A DNA stretch of 64,000 nucleotides from Hormiphora californensis (lineage: Eukaryota > Animalia > Ctenophora). Position numbers and translations under genes: made by a program. Within the stretch, counting starts at the first letter, position 1; each line of letters opens with the position of its first letter. A model generated the notes under the pieces. The model had not been told where the DNA came from, did no database searches, and saw only the letters and a list, made by a program, of their open reading frames with translations. Shown here piece after piece: positions 1 to 11,323 of the stretch. The stretch lies in the NCBI GenBank assembly GCA_020137815.1, contig CM035353.1, positions 7,254,001 to 7,318,000 of the forward strand, in the 5' to 3' direction.

Positions 1-511
1 TCGATGTCTCTGTCGGTATCGTATTGTTGAAGCTGTGCACCTCCTTGGAAGAACATGACACTACCCCGGGGTGTATTAGCAGATATCAACGCGTCACACA
101 CCTATTAATTAGTTAATCGATATAACATTTCATAATTATTATCGTCCTGGTTATAGCTTCTCATCAGTCATCATGTGCAGAGAAACTAATGCAAGTACAT
201 CACCCTAGTACTAACCCGTTTTCTATTTTCCTTGTAGAGGGTGTTGGGTATTTTCATGGTACCCGGTCCCATTTGAAAGTAATCGGGTACATCTTCATTG
301 TTCCTGAAACACATGAAATATAGAACGATGCTGCGTTCAGTTTACACAGCTGACACAGCAAACACACGTGCAGGTCGAATGATAGAGGGTCAAACTACAT
401 CAGTAATCAGTGTGAATTATTTACTGATACATTGTACCTTGCTTTTTGACACAGTCATATTAAATCAGCAACATACAGCTTCACAACACATTCAAGGAAC
501 ACTTACGGCAT
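1..511 (-). CDS. PEPD: Xaa-Pro dipeptidase (prolidase), 5' exons; gene runs off the left edge
   Basis: Manual splice: ATGCC 511-507 | 303-216 | 101-1, with GT-AG boundaries in phase, gives MPNNEDVPDYFQMGPGTMKIPNTLYKENRKRVCDALISANTPRGSVMFFQGGAQLQQYDTDRDI. This resembles the prolidase N-terminus (F.LG..T.KVP..LF..NR.R.C...GS.V..QGG....Y.TD). Not in the ORF track. Confidence 0.8.
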
Positions 512-1114
512 GGCACGTCGGGGTCGACAATGAAGGGCGGTAGGATAGCTTGCTATTAGGAGAAGTATCAATTTCACTATAACACACAACATCAATACAT
601 GCACCTCACATTTCATGTACTATGTATAGGCCCGTAGATTCTCTTTTTCTCTCTTTCTCTCTCCCTCTCCCCTCTCTTTCTCTCTCTCCCTGAAAAGTCT
701 CCGATTTTGTATTTGACTATATAAATTGGTGTCTGCAGTATTGTATACATTGAAGTTGTGCCAATGCGTTGAAAACAATGCCAGATCTACGTATATTTTC
801 AAGGTTGACTAGCTCACAACAACAGCTTCACAAAAAACACCCTCTTTGTAACTTGAGATCACACTCCACCCGCTCGATAAGACGGAAAGCTAGCAGCTGC
901 TATTGGAGGATGCACACATCACGTGACCGTATTGAAGTTCACCCATTGGCCAACTGATCAACTCTCATTTAGTGGTAATGCAATGACACATCATGGGACC
1001 CTTCAAGTAACACATAGTGTTCAAAAGCTAATTATACAAACAAACATGCAGTATTACTGGTATTGCTACTTGGTACACACACATACAGTGGACTTCCAAA
1101 GTGTAAAAAGATCC

Positions 1115-1503
1115 TTACCCAAACCCATGGATCCAATTTGAACAGTGGATCGTTGCCTGTCGTTCCAAACGATTGCAATTCGGGATATTATACTGGTCCT
1201 TATTCCCACCGCCATTACTGCACTCGTCTGATAAAATTTTGGGATTTTTGTTCCTTCATTGCCCTCGAAACCTTGTTTATATTTCATGCGTGGTGTGATA
1301 GGGTGGAGCTAGGCAACTTGAAACCCAACTTTGTGAAACTCACCCGTCTCAAAAGATGTCACATAATTCTTATCACAAACACACTTGGTAAGTCGTTCCT
1401 TGACTTTTAGGCACTCTTTCTTGTTACCGAGGGATTTTGCGGAAACGCCATAATTATACAAAGCAAGGATACCAATAAACAAAACAACAAGACGGGACAG
1501 CAT
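1115..1503 (-). CDS. small secreted cysteine-rich peptide precursor (90 aa, 2 exons)
   Basis: Exon 1503-1344 (signal peptide MLSRLVVLFIGILALYNYGVSA, donor G|GTGAGT) joins exon 1227-1115 (acceptor TTTTATCAG) in phase. Product has 6 Cys and ends CSNWIHGFG-stop. Confidence 0.65.
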
Positions 1504-1932
1504 TTCTCCAATGGGTTTGTAACTGAATCATCGAGGAGTTTGTTTACACAGTCGCATGTAGTAAAGAATCTCTCTCACTTTCTCTAGCTCTATAGCTCAC
1601 TAGCTCTCTCCCTCCCTTTGGAATATTCCACTTTTTCCTTATATTCCAAAATGTTCCAAAGTATACCATGGTAACCCCCTATCTCTTTCTTCCCCTATCT
1701 CTCACTCCTTATCTCTCTCACTCACTGCAACTGTGTGTGTGAGATTTCCCCATAATCTTTTGCTCAGCGGGCGTGTGTTGTGTGTCAGATATGAAAATTA
1801 CGTCAGCTACGTTAATTAAAAAATAGTATATTATATCAAACACCGTATTTTAAATTATTTACAACACTTCGACTATATTTACAGTAAAAATACGAATCGA
1901 CATGACCCTGAATCCACCTTCTTATTGTCTCT

Positions 1933-3096
1933 CTACGAAAGTTCCACGATAAATAATGTGTCTGTGGTGATTCCAGTGCTGGATAGCGTCTCATGTAAAT
2001 CTATAAGGGTATTACAAGGTGGGGCTGCTAGCTTCAAAACGTAACTCACTCCTTCTTGATCAGCAACATCACCTTGACCAGGAGGAGAATCGAGTGGTGA
2101 TTCGTCGTGTTCTGCATCGTTCCTGGCTGGACTTTTAGCTGGCGACAAGTTAGGTGATATCCAGGAACGGATGGAACCGATTTTTGTGTCTTCTGTAAAC
2201 CTAGAGGGGGAGTGGGAGAGAGGGAGGGAGGGAGAGATAGATAGAGGGGGTTGATGGAGACTGGAGAATGACTGACTACAGCTATAGATTTCTCTGGCAC
2301 TATTTTAGTGTCTCGATGGCTAAAATTATATTTCTATCATTATGTGGGATTGAAGCCCATAGATTTTCAAAGTTGAAATTGTTTTATATTTGAGTGCCAG
2401 AGTAAGGTTCTAAAATTTTTCTAAGACAGCGCCGTGCAAGCAACAAACGCTTAACGCTTTTTCTCTGTCTCAGTGCTTGTCAGTTGTCTCTCGGATTCTA
2501 TACCACTCTCTGTCTCTACTCCCTCTGTCTTACTCTCTGTCTCTACTCCCTCTGCCTCACTCTTTGTCTCTACTCTATCTGTCTATTTTATCGCAATTCA
2601 TGTCTCCATGATAACATACCTTCGGCAGATCCTAGTTCCATCTGGTAATTTTACTGCAACCCTAACTCCACCGCTATCTGGCTCCTTGGGTATGTCTTTG
2701 GATAGAATTTGATTAGAAGTTGTCTCGCACAGCCCACAGTGTGAATACAGTGTGAACAATTCAGATAGCCAGTAATATTGGTGTAGATCTTCTGGATAAA
2801 TTTCACCCTGGTTTTAATAAACGGGCGTGAACCGGCGTGAAGAGAATAAGTTTGCACACACCCTCTCACAAGATATAAAACGGGGACATTATATCTAGCG
2901 AAAGAGGCTTAAATATGCTGCATGAGTTACATACCAAAATTAGTGATGTTAGGTAGAGCGGATGAAGGACGAAACAGGTCAACAGTTCCAGGCCGGATAA
3001 GTAGCCCACTTTGTTCACCTGTCAAACTGATCCTCAGCAGGTTGACATTGTTCCTGCCTCGTCTAACTGTAGGTGATGGAGCATCTCGGCTACCTG

Positions 3097-3156
<60 letters not shown>

Positions 3157-3494
3157 GTGAGGAGATAGAGATAGAGATAGAGATAGAGATAGAGATAGAG
3201 ATAGAGATAGAGATAGAGATAGAGATAGAGATAGAGATAGGGATAGAGATAGAGATAGAGATAGAGATAGCTGATAGAGATAGAGAGAGAAAAAGAGGAA
3301 GGGAGAGGGACTTACTTGCCTAGCTAAACTCTGTTTCACACGCTTTAAAAATGTAGTTTAAAATCAAAAATGTAAAGGAGGGTTAGAATATATAACAAGG
3401 ACTTACATGGCTGGGAAGGTGGTGTGGGGGTTCTTGTAAAGTTCTCCTTAGAAAGTTTGTATCTTTTCATTGACTCACGACCAAATAGTCCCAT
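1933..3494 (-). CDS. UBX-domain protein (UBXN10-like)
   Basis: Exons near 3494-3407, ~3093-2933, ~2725-2620 and 2200-1933 give a Pro/Ser-rich N-terminus, then IPKEPDSGGVRVAVKLPDGTRICRRFTEDTKIGSIRSWI...YVLKLAAPPCNTLIDLHETLSSTGITTDTLFIVE, a UBX fold with a ~30-aa acidic loop insertion. Middle exon boundaries are uncertain. Confidence 0.7.
3098..3290. repeat. (GA)n plus (GAGATA)n microsatellite forming the polypyrimidine tract of a UBX-gene intron
   Basis: Directly visible; lies just upstream of the - strand acceptor near 3094. Confidence 0.95.
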
Positions 3495-3887
3495 GCTACC
3501 ATCGTGCCTTCAGAAGGAGCGAGGTGGAATAAGTTAGGGGAAAATATAATGTTTGCATGACGCGACGGGGGGACTCGAGTCAAGTTAGAGAAAGACAGAA
3601 AGAGATAGAGAAAGCTGTACAATGTATGTTATGGTATAGAGAGATGCGAATGTAGAGAGAGTTGTGGTAGTCATGACAACATAGTGATTGAGCACATTAA
3701 AACTATATTGCTACAAAAATGATAGTATTTGTTACATAAATTATGTACAGTTAAGTAGTAATATACATTTGATAAAAATATTTTCTTCTAATAAAAATAC
3801 TTTCTGATATGATTCCTAACTTCAGTTTAATCTTTAATTTAGTCACCAATTGTCATCTGTATTGGGCGTACACAACTTTCCAGCATG

Positions 3888-5615
3888 TCACTGCTCATTT
3901 ACCCGTCTCTCAATTTCCCTTTCAATTTCCCCAATTTGATCAATGACAGTACAATATCGATCCACAAACACTCCAACTAACTCATCATTTAAATTGTCCT
4001 TGATATTCCTCAGGTGATACTTTAATTCCTCCGAGGATCGAGTGTTTTCTGCTTCTTTAGTTGTATCTTGTGAGTGTTGTGTCACAACCTCAGTTTCTCC
4101 TCCCCGGGAGTCTACTTGACAGATTATACTTTCAGGATCGTTCCTGATATCTGATGAGGAAGGATCTTCTTGTTCCACAGTTTCCCCTACACCAGGACTA
4201 CTCACATGATGGTCAATCTCACACTCATGAGGTGGTAATGGTGTTGCCCGGTCGTCACTCACAAGAGTACCATTTAAACTCCCAACCTTCCTATCACCTC
4301 CCTCCTCACCGATCAATTGATTGTCTTCTTCCTCATCACTTAGATCCAAATCTGAAACTGCCGTCAGGTCATCAGTAGAAAAACTGGAAACTGAAAAGTC
4401 AGAGAGAGAATCGGCGTACTCCGCCTCACGTATGACACGATTGTGACAGGGCGAGTGGAAGGGTTTGTTCCGTTTGTAAGGTGAAGAAGTCTGGCAGGAA
4501 CTCTCCATTTTCTCAGCATCAGTCTGAACCTCCCTAGAACAGATACTGGAAAAGTCTGGTACAGGAAGCTTGGTAGCTGTTATATCACCTTCGCGGCTGA
4601 CCTGTGTCCTGTTATGTATTTTATCATGTGATTCATTGACCTCTCCCTCAGTTTGGGTTTCTGGAACGAGGTTCTCTCTCTTGTTTGCCCACTGTCCCTC
4701 TGTTTGTGTGCCCGGAACGAGGTTCTCTCTCTTGTTTGCCCACTGTTCCTCTGTATGTGTATTCCTAACGAGGCTCTGTATATTGTCAAAGTTAGCCCGA
4801 TCCACCTCCCTTGCACCTGATTCATGTGCATCAGCTATTCGGCGTTTTAATCGCCACTGAAACAACAGGTCATTAGCCTCAGATGTGGGCTGAATTACCT
4901 CTTTGGGTACCTTATCAACCACATTACCCTCAGATTTAAACCGTTCAAAAGGCAATTTAGATGATGTTGGGTAGTGTGTTGTTTCAGTTGCACCACCTGG
5001 ATCCGTCGAGTCTGTTGAGGAGCTGATATCAGTGCTAAGAAACTCAGACCACATTGAAGAGGCATTCACACTGTTAACAGTAAGATCTCCTAGGGACGGG
5101 AGATCAAAATCATTCAATGATTTAGTAGCAGGAACCTCTGTTGGGGGAACACCCCGTTCAGATGGATGAGATGGCGCTGAGCTTCGAAAACGGTTTATGA
5201 AAAAGTTAAGCGACTCTGGTGACATTACTTTTGTCGAAGCGTCAGAGTTTACACTAACAGATAGGATTTGATTGATATCTGCTTGCTGGGATGGTTTGGG
5301 CATGTTTTTGTCTGGACTTGGTCCTAGGTCCGCATCAATCTTCCTGATCAAATCATCCACAGAAGTGCTTGCGGATGTGAAGATTTTCTGGGTTTGGGGT
5401 GGGAGGGTGGATTTTAAATCAGCTGTTTTTGAGGTCAATTCGGAATACTGATTCGTGGGATTTAGTGCAGCTGATTTTTTGTTTGTGTTGACGTTTTCTT
5501 TATTCAGGTTTGTAGTCAGTTCATCTTCCTCTTGTAATTTATCAAAGGGGGTAGGGTGATAATAACCACGCGGAAGTACTGGTTCAGGATCAAACACACT
5601 TCGTGGAGCAAACAT
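3888..5615 (-). CDS. proline/serine-rich protein 3-like, single exon, 575 aa
   Basis: Motifs FFINRFRSSAPSHPSER, NDLLFQWRLKRRIADA and a C-terminal coiled coil resemble PROSER3 blocks recalled from memory (YINRFRQAQPTSREER, DILYQWRQRRKLEQA). Contains an internal 51-bp (17-aa) tandem duplication at ~4645-4750. Confidence 0.65.
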   Translation of the reverse strand: MFAPRSVFDPEPVLPRGYYHPTPFDKLQEEDELTTNLNKENVNTNKKSAALNPTNQYSELTSKTADLKSTLPPQTQKIFTSASTSVDDLIRKIDADLGPSPDKNMPKPSQQADINQILSVSVNSDASTKVMSPESLNFFINRFRSSAPSHPSERGVPPTEVPATKSLNDFDLPSLGDLTVNSVNASSMWSEFLSTDISSSTDSTDPGGATETTHYPTSSKLPFERFKSEGNVVDKVPKEVIQPTSEANDLLFQWRLKRRIADAHESGAREVDRANFDNIQSLVRNTHTEEQWANKRENLVPGTQTEGQWANKRENLVPETQTEGEVNESHDKIHNRTQVSREGDITATKLPVPDFSSICSREVQTDAEKMESSCQTSSPYKRNKPFHSPCHNRVIREAEYADSLSDFSVSSFSTDDLTAVSDLDLSDEEEDNQLIGEEGGDRKVGSLNGTLVSDDRATPLPPHECEIDHHVSSPGVGETVEQEDPSSSDIRNDPESIICQVDSRGGETEVVTQHSQDTTKEAENTRSSEELKYHLRNIKDNLNDELVGVFVDRYCTVIDQIGEIEREIERRVNEQ

Positions 5616-5880
5616 TAGTTGGTTGTCCTAAATAAATTGTTAAGTTAAATGTTAATACTGGGAGGAGTTAGCAATTATTTAGCCTTAAAGGGGGATGGAG
5701 GACTGTAGCGCATGCCCTTGTGCGCTCGTTTCTTTGCTTTAAATCTCGATAAAGTTCCTGACGAAAAACGGGCGCCGTTACGATTTGGGTGTTTCGAGGC
5801 ATGTTTACAGGTTCACGCTGCCACAAACCCTGCGGCTCTAACGGCTAACCGCCAAACCACTCAATTGTTTTGGCTAATCC

Positions 5881-7323
5881 AAGTTTACAACAAGTTTACA
5901 AGTTTACAATAAAAGTTTTAGTGTACACAACAGGCCTTCCCTTAGTGGGTCCACCTAAATAAATTAAACACGTATCACCTCTCAGCCACTCTCAGACATT
6001 TACAGCACATTGAGGGGAAATATCATTGGGAAGTGATGGATAGCCTCTGACAGGGGGACGGTCATAAAAGCCTGTCAAGTAATTGCCCAGGGATGATTTG
6101 AATTGACCTAAGCTTCCGCAAGAGTTAACGGCCGCTGGCAACCTGTTCCACAGGTGAGCAGCTCTCGGTCCGAAGGAAGAATGGTACTGATTCGCTCTCC
6201 AGGTCTCAGCCCGATAAGGAAACACTGGTGGGACTAACCTCATACCCAGCCTTGCACTGTGTTGGAACACAAGATTTGCAGAATTCGGAACAAACCCATG
6301 GATCGTCTTCCACACATGTATCAACATGTAACGTTGTCTCCTACGTTGAAGAGACATCAGGTTGAGAACTTTTAATCTCTCCCAATAGTCGAGATTCTGC
6401 ATTCCATCAAGTCTTCTAGTAAAACACCGTTGGACGTTCTCAATTGACTTGATGTCCCCAGACTTTGACGGATCCCAGACCAGACAACAATACTCCAAAA
6501 TTGGTCTGACCAGTGATTTGAAGAGTTGCAACATTACCTCTGGTGAACGATCTCGAAAAACACTGAAAATCCACCCAGATAGGAGAGAGGCTCTCCTCAC
6601 AATGGTGGCAATGTGCTTAGACCAAGAACCATCCGAGGACATCTGGACACCCAAGTCACGGACATCAGCTTCAGGAAACAGTTGTACTCCAGATTTTGTG
6701 GTATACGAACATATGTCAACTGAAAAAGGGAATTGTAGATTGTAGATTGCCGACTTGTTCAGTCTGTAACTCAGGAGTTGAAATTTCTGATCATGTAGCA
6801 CCATATTGTTTATCTTGGCCCATTCTGTAACCTTCAAAAGATCAGCTTGTAAACCCTCCTGATCAACAATATCTGTTATGGCTTTCATTAACTTGGTATC
6901 ATCCGCAAAGGTGAGACACATACTACCATCCAGTACAGATTCCAGGTCCAGTATATAAATAAGGAAGAGGAGAGGGCCCAGGACACTACCCTGCGCCACC
7001 CCGCTGAGCACCTCCACCCATGGTGACCTAACCCCATCCACCATCACACACTGCTGCCTGCCCAGGATCCACGCACTGATCCACTGATGAAGTTTTCCTC
7101 CAATCCCGTACCTTTTCAACTTAGCTAGCAACACATTGATATCCACCGAATCAAAAGCTTTAGAAAAGTCTAAATAGAGAACATCAACTTCTCTATCTCC
7201 ACAGAGTTCAGTTAGGATGTAGTCAACATGAGATAACAGTTGGGACATAGTACTACGTCCCTTTCGAAAACCGTGTTGCGTTTCACTCTGTAACTGCATT
7301 CACAAATACTAACTAGTTCTTTC
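5881..7323 (-). mobile_element. 5'-truncated CR1/L2-group LINE (RT and C-terminal domain)
   Basis: ORF 5992-7299 has QHGFR, YLDFSKAFDSV, SGVAQGSVLGPLLF, FADDTKL and the CR1-type C-terminus (VRPILEY..VW.P, VQR.FTR, LQRRRQR). 3' tail of short (TTGTAAAC) repeats at 5881-5910. Confidence 0.92.
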
Positions 7324-9817
7324 CACGACAAATATCCCATGCTACCATCGTGCCTTCAGAAGGAGCGGGTGGAAATAATTAGGGAAAATATAATGTTTGC
7401 ATGACGCGACGGGGGGACTCGAGTCAAGTTAGAGAAAGACAGAAAGAGATAGAGAAAGCTGTAAAATGTATTGTTATGGTATAGAGAGATGCGAATGTAG
7501 AGAGAGTTGTGGTAGTCATGACAACATAGTGATTAGCACATTAAAACTATATTGCTACAAAAAATGATAGTATTTGTTACATAAATTATGTACAGTTAAG
7601 TAGTAATATACATTTGATAAAAATATTTTCTTCTAATAAAAATACTTTCTGATATGATTCCTAACTTCAGTTTAATCTTTAATTTAGTCACCAATTGTCA
7701 TCTGTTGGGCGTACAACACTTCCAGCATGTCACTGCTCATTTACCCGTCTCTCAATTTCCCTTTCAATTTCCCCAATTTGCAATGACAGTACAATATCGA
7801 TCCACAAACACTCCAACTAACTCATCATTTAAATTGTCCTTGATATTCCTCAGGTGATACTTTAATTCCTCCGAGGATCGTTGTTTTCTGCTTCTTTAGT
7901 TGTATCTTGTGAGTGTTGTGTCACAACCTCAGTTTCTCCTCCCCGGGAGTCTACTTGACAGATTATACTTTCAGGATCGTTCCTGATATCTGATGAGGAA
8001 GGATCTTCTTGTTCCACAGTTTCCCCTACACCAGGACTACTCACATGATGGTCAATCTCACACTCATGAGGTGGTAATGGTGTTGCCCGGTCGTCACTCA
8101 CAAGAGTACATTTAAACTCCCAACCTTCTCACCCTCCCTCCTCACCGATCAATTGATTGTCTTCTTCCTCATCACTTAGATCCAAATCTGAAACTGCCGT
8201 CAGGTCATCAGTAGAAAAACTGGAAACTGAAAAGTCAGAGAGAGAATCGGCGTACTCCGCCTCACGTATGACACGATTGTGACAGGGCGAGTGGAAGGGT
8301 TTGTTCCGTTTGTAAGGTGAAGAAGTCTGGCAGGAACTCTCCATTTTCTCAGCATCAGTCTGAACTCCCTAGAACAGATACTGGAAAAGTCTGGTACAGG
8401 AAGCTTGGTAGCTGTTATATCACCTTCGCGGCTGACCTGTGTCCTGTTATGTATTTTATCATGTGTTCATTGACCCTCTCCTAGTTTGGGTTTTGGAACG
8501 AGGTTCTCTCTCTTGTTTGCCCACTGTCCCTCTGTTTGTGTGCCCGGAACGAGGTTCTCTCTCTTGTTTGCCCACTGTTCCTCTGTATGTGTATCCTAAC
8601 GAGGCTCTGTATATTGTCAAGTTAGCCCGATCCACCTCCCTTGCACCTGATTCATGTGCATAGCTATTCGGCGTTTTAATCGCCACTGAAACAACAGGTC
8701 ATTAGCCTCAGATTGGCTGAATTACCTCTTTGGGTACTTATCAACCACATTACCCTCAGATTTAAACCGTTCAAAAGGCAATTTAGATGATGTTGGGTAG
8801 TGTGTTGTTTCAGTTGCACCACCTGGATCCGTCGAGTCTGTTGAGGACTGATATCATGCTAAGAAACTCAGACCACATTGAAGAGGCATTCACACTGTTA
8901 ACAGTAAGATCTCCTAGGGGACGGAGATCAAAATCATTCAATGATTAGTAGCAGGAACCTCTGTTGGGGGAACACCCCGTTCAGATGGATGAGATGGCGC
9001 TGAGCTTCGAAAACGGTTTATGAAAAAGTTAAGCGACTCTGGTGACATTACTTTTGTCGAAGCATCAGAGTTTACACTAACAGATAGGATTTGATTGATA
9101 TCTGCTTGCTGGGACGGTTTAGGCATGTTTTTGTCCGGACTCGGTGCTAGGTCCGCATCAATCTTCCTGATCAAATCATCCACAGAAGTGCTTGCGGATG
9201 TGAAGATTTTCTGGGTTTGGGGTGGGAGGGTGGATTTTAAGTCAGCTGTTTTTGAGGTCAATTCGGAATACTGATTCGGGGGATTTTGTGCAGCTGATTT
9301 TCTGTTTGTGTTGACGTTTTCTTTATTCAGGTTTGTAGTCAGTTCATCTTCCTCTTGCAATTTATCAAAGGGGGTAGGGTGATAATAACCACGGGGAAGT
9401 GCTGGTTCAGGATCAAAAACACTTCGTGGAGCAAACATTCTAGTAGGGATTTTAGTAAACAAATTGTTAAGTTAAATGTTAATACTGGGAGGAGCTGATT
9501 AGTGTTAGCAATTATTTAGCTCTAAAGCGGAATATAAACTTTATTTGTATAGATCTTTAGTCCTTCTGAAGTGTATCCAGTGGAGAGATATGATGTGTCG
9601 TGTCTAGTGTGCACTGTGCTTTTGCTCGAAAATTTTGGCGATTCCTGACAAAAACCTCAAGTCGAATTTTTGATAAAGTTCCTGACGAAAAACGGGCGCC
9701 GTTACGATCTGGGTGTTTCGAGTCATCTTTACAGCTAGGTGCACGCTGCCAAAAACCCTGCACTAAAACGGCTCTAGCCGCCAAACCACTCAATTGTTTT
9801 GTCTAATCCAAAGTTTA
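7324..9817 (-). pseudogene. second copy of the 3476-5887 segment including the PROSER3-like gene, frameshifted
   Basis: Near-identical to 3476-5887. Mostly 1-bp indels over 7324-8945, substitutions over 9060-9460. Could be an uncollapsed haplotype or low-quality consensus. Confidence 0.6.
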
Positions 9818-10660
9818 TCTGATAGGAAATGTCAAGCCCTAACCCCAATAAAACTCCCAGCCCTAACCCTAACCCCACTTTGGCCCTAACCCTTAAAAAC
9901 CGTGAGTGCACACCCAGATTTTAACGTTCGGGTTGGCCAGCGTTAAAATCTGGGTGTTTTGGGAGTGCTGACAAACGGTTTTTTAGGGTTAGGGCTAAAG
10001 TAGGGTTAGGGTTAGGGTTGGGGTTTGGGTTGGGGTTAGGCCTTGACATTCCCTACCAGATAAACTTTGAATCAGCCAAAACGGTTGAGTGGTTTAGCGG
10101 TTAGAGCCATTTTAGTGAATCAACTTTTTTGGCAGCGTGCACCTGTAAACAGGCCTCCAAACACCCAGATTTTTTTTTTTTGGAAGAATTCAAAAAAAGA
10201 AGAAGGAACACGTGTGCGGGTGTACCATAGGTATATTGTGTTAGGACACGGAGAAAAGAGGTAGAGACACAATAAAGAATGGCTGCATAATTCACCACTC
10301 CTGGTACACCACGCACGTCCCTAGCGATTTATAAAAGTAAACACAGAATAAATTACGTCACTCTAAAATCAACTTCGCTCGGCATAAATGGTATACATCG
10401 CCTCTTAGTGCCCCTCAATGCTACCAAGGTTGATCTCAACAGGCTAAATCTGATCTTTTGTCTCATAAAAGACATCGTCTCACTGAGTCCTTCTTGGTGC
10501 TTGGAGCAGATTTTGTGTCCAACGCATTCCAGAACTCGTTTAACCTCTGGTGCGAAGCCTCCTGAAGTAGCAAACACAAGAGGAGTGAAGCTACCCTGCT
10601 CTACGTTTAGAACCCTCCTCAAATAGGCCATTTTCTTCTGGTTCTGGTGAGTTCTGTGTA

Positions 10661-10811
10661 AAGTCAATTTTTATTCAACTGTTCACCCCTCAGCTCGTGC
10701 GCGTGCGATGTTTTAATTTACGCTGCGCACGCTACACGTTAACATGTGATAAACGCGCAAAACAATTCCGCGCACGACTTTGGGGGGTGAACAGTTGAAA
10801 AAAATGGACTT
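10661..10811. mobile_element. ~150-bp MITE, TA TSD (copy 1)
   Basis: TIR AAGTC...TTCAACTGTTCACCCC / GGGGTGAACAGTTGAA...GACTT. Excision restores the RLE reading frame. Confidence 0.85.
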
Positions 10812-10851
10812 TAGCTGAGCGATTGATGTTTTCTGGTAGGAGGGAGCATTA

Positions 10852-11003
10852 AAGTCCATTTTTTTTCAACTGTTCACCCAAAAACTGAAATTTAATAAAA
10901 ATTAGAATTTGGGTGGCGCGCGCTACACGTTAACATGTGATAGACGCGCAAAACAATTCCGCGCACGACTTTGGGGGGTGAACAGTTGAAAAAAAATGGA
11001 GTA
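10852..11003. mobile_element. ~150-bp MITE, TA TSD (copy 2, same family)
   Basis: Same TIRs as copy 1. Excision restores VFHP-NAPS in frame. Confidence 0.85.
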
Positions 11004-11105
11004 TAGGGTGAAACACCCGCACATCGAGGTAGGATGTCTCCATATCCCGCCATAGACCTCGGCATACTATGTCCAAACACCCAGATCGTAACGGCGCCCG
11101 TTCTA

Positions 11106-11323
11106 GTGGAAGCTCTTACGGTATTTCCCACGCCCCGTGGGAAAGTTTTCGACCGTGGGAAAGTTTTCAAACCGTGGGAAAAGAGAGATACATACAATAA
11201 AATTTAAAAAATAATTATTTTTTTAATGTTATTGTATGTATCTCTCTTTTCCCACGGTTCGAAAATTTTCCCACGGTCAAAAACTTTCCCACGGGGCGTG
11301 GGAAATACCGTAAGAGCTTCCAC
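11106..11323. mobile_element. palindromic MITE, TA TSD
   Basis: GTGGAAGCTCTTACGGTATTTCCCACG...CGTGGGAAATACCGTAAGAGCTTCCAC, with internal CCGTGGGAAA repeats. Confidence 0.85.

Larger units (their letters stand above)
10171..11071 (-). mobile_element. 5'-truncated RLE-type (CRE-like) non-LTR retrotransposon
   Basis: Poly(A) tail (T-run 10171-10181) and 15-bp TSD TCCAAACACCCAGAT (10156-10170 and 11072-11086). After removing two MITEs it reads LDIVCRGLWRDMETSYLDVRVFHPNAPSYQKTSIAQLHRTHQNQKKMAYLRRVLNVEQGSFTPLVFATSGG...FSLLRSTLVALRG, a restriction-like endonuclease C-terminus. Confidence 0.88.
9691..11102. mobile_element. palindromic non-autonomous element with internal (CCCTAA)n/(TTAGGG)n, right arm interrupted
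   Basis: AACGGGCGCCGTTACGATCTGGGTGTTT at 9691 is inverted at 11075-11102. Arms continue 9720-9925 vs 9940-10170. Telomere-type hexamers at 9837-9890 and 9983-10040. Partial copy at 5748-5886. Confidence 0.8.

Noticed and set aside
2922-3339. ORFs rich in ER, EI or SL dipeptides (also near 15840, 46489 and 48063)
   Set aside because: Translations of (GA)n and (GAGATA)n microsatellites.
1661-3680. RFX X-box-like motifs upstream of the peptide gene (1661-1676) and the UBX gene (3667-3680)
   Set aside because: Imperfect matches, and similar motifs occur in introns and coding sequence (e.g. ~40402), so they are not diagnostic.
9837-10040. True telomere or chromosome-fusion scar
   Set aside because: Few degenerate repeats, polarity opposite to a fusion, and embedded in a dispersed palindromic element.
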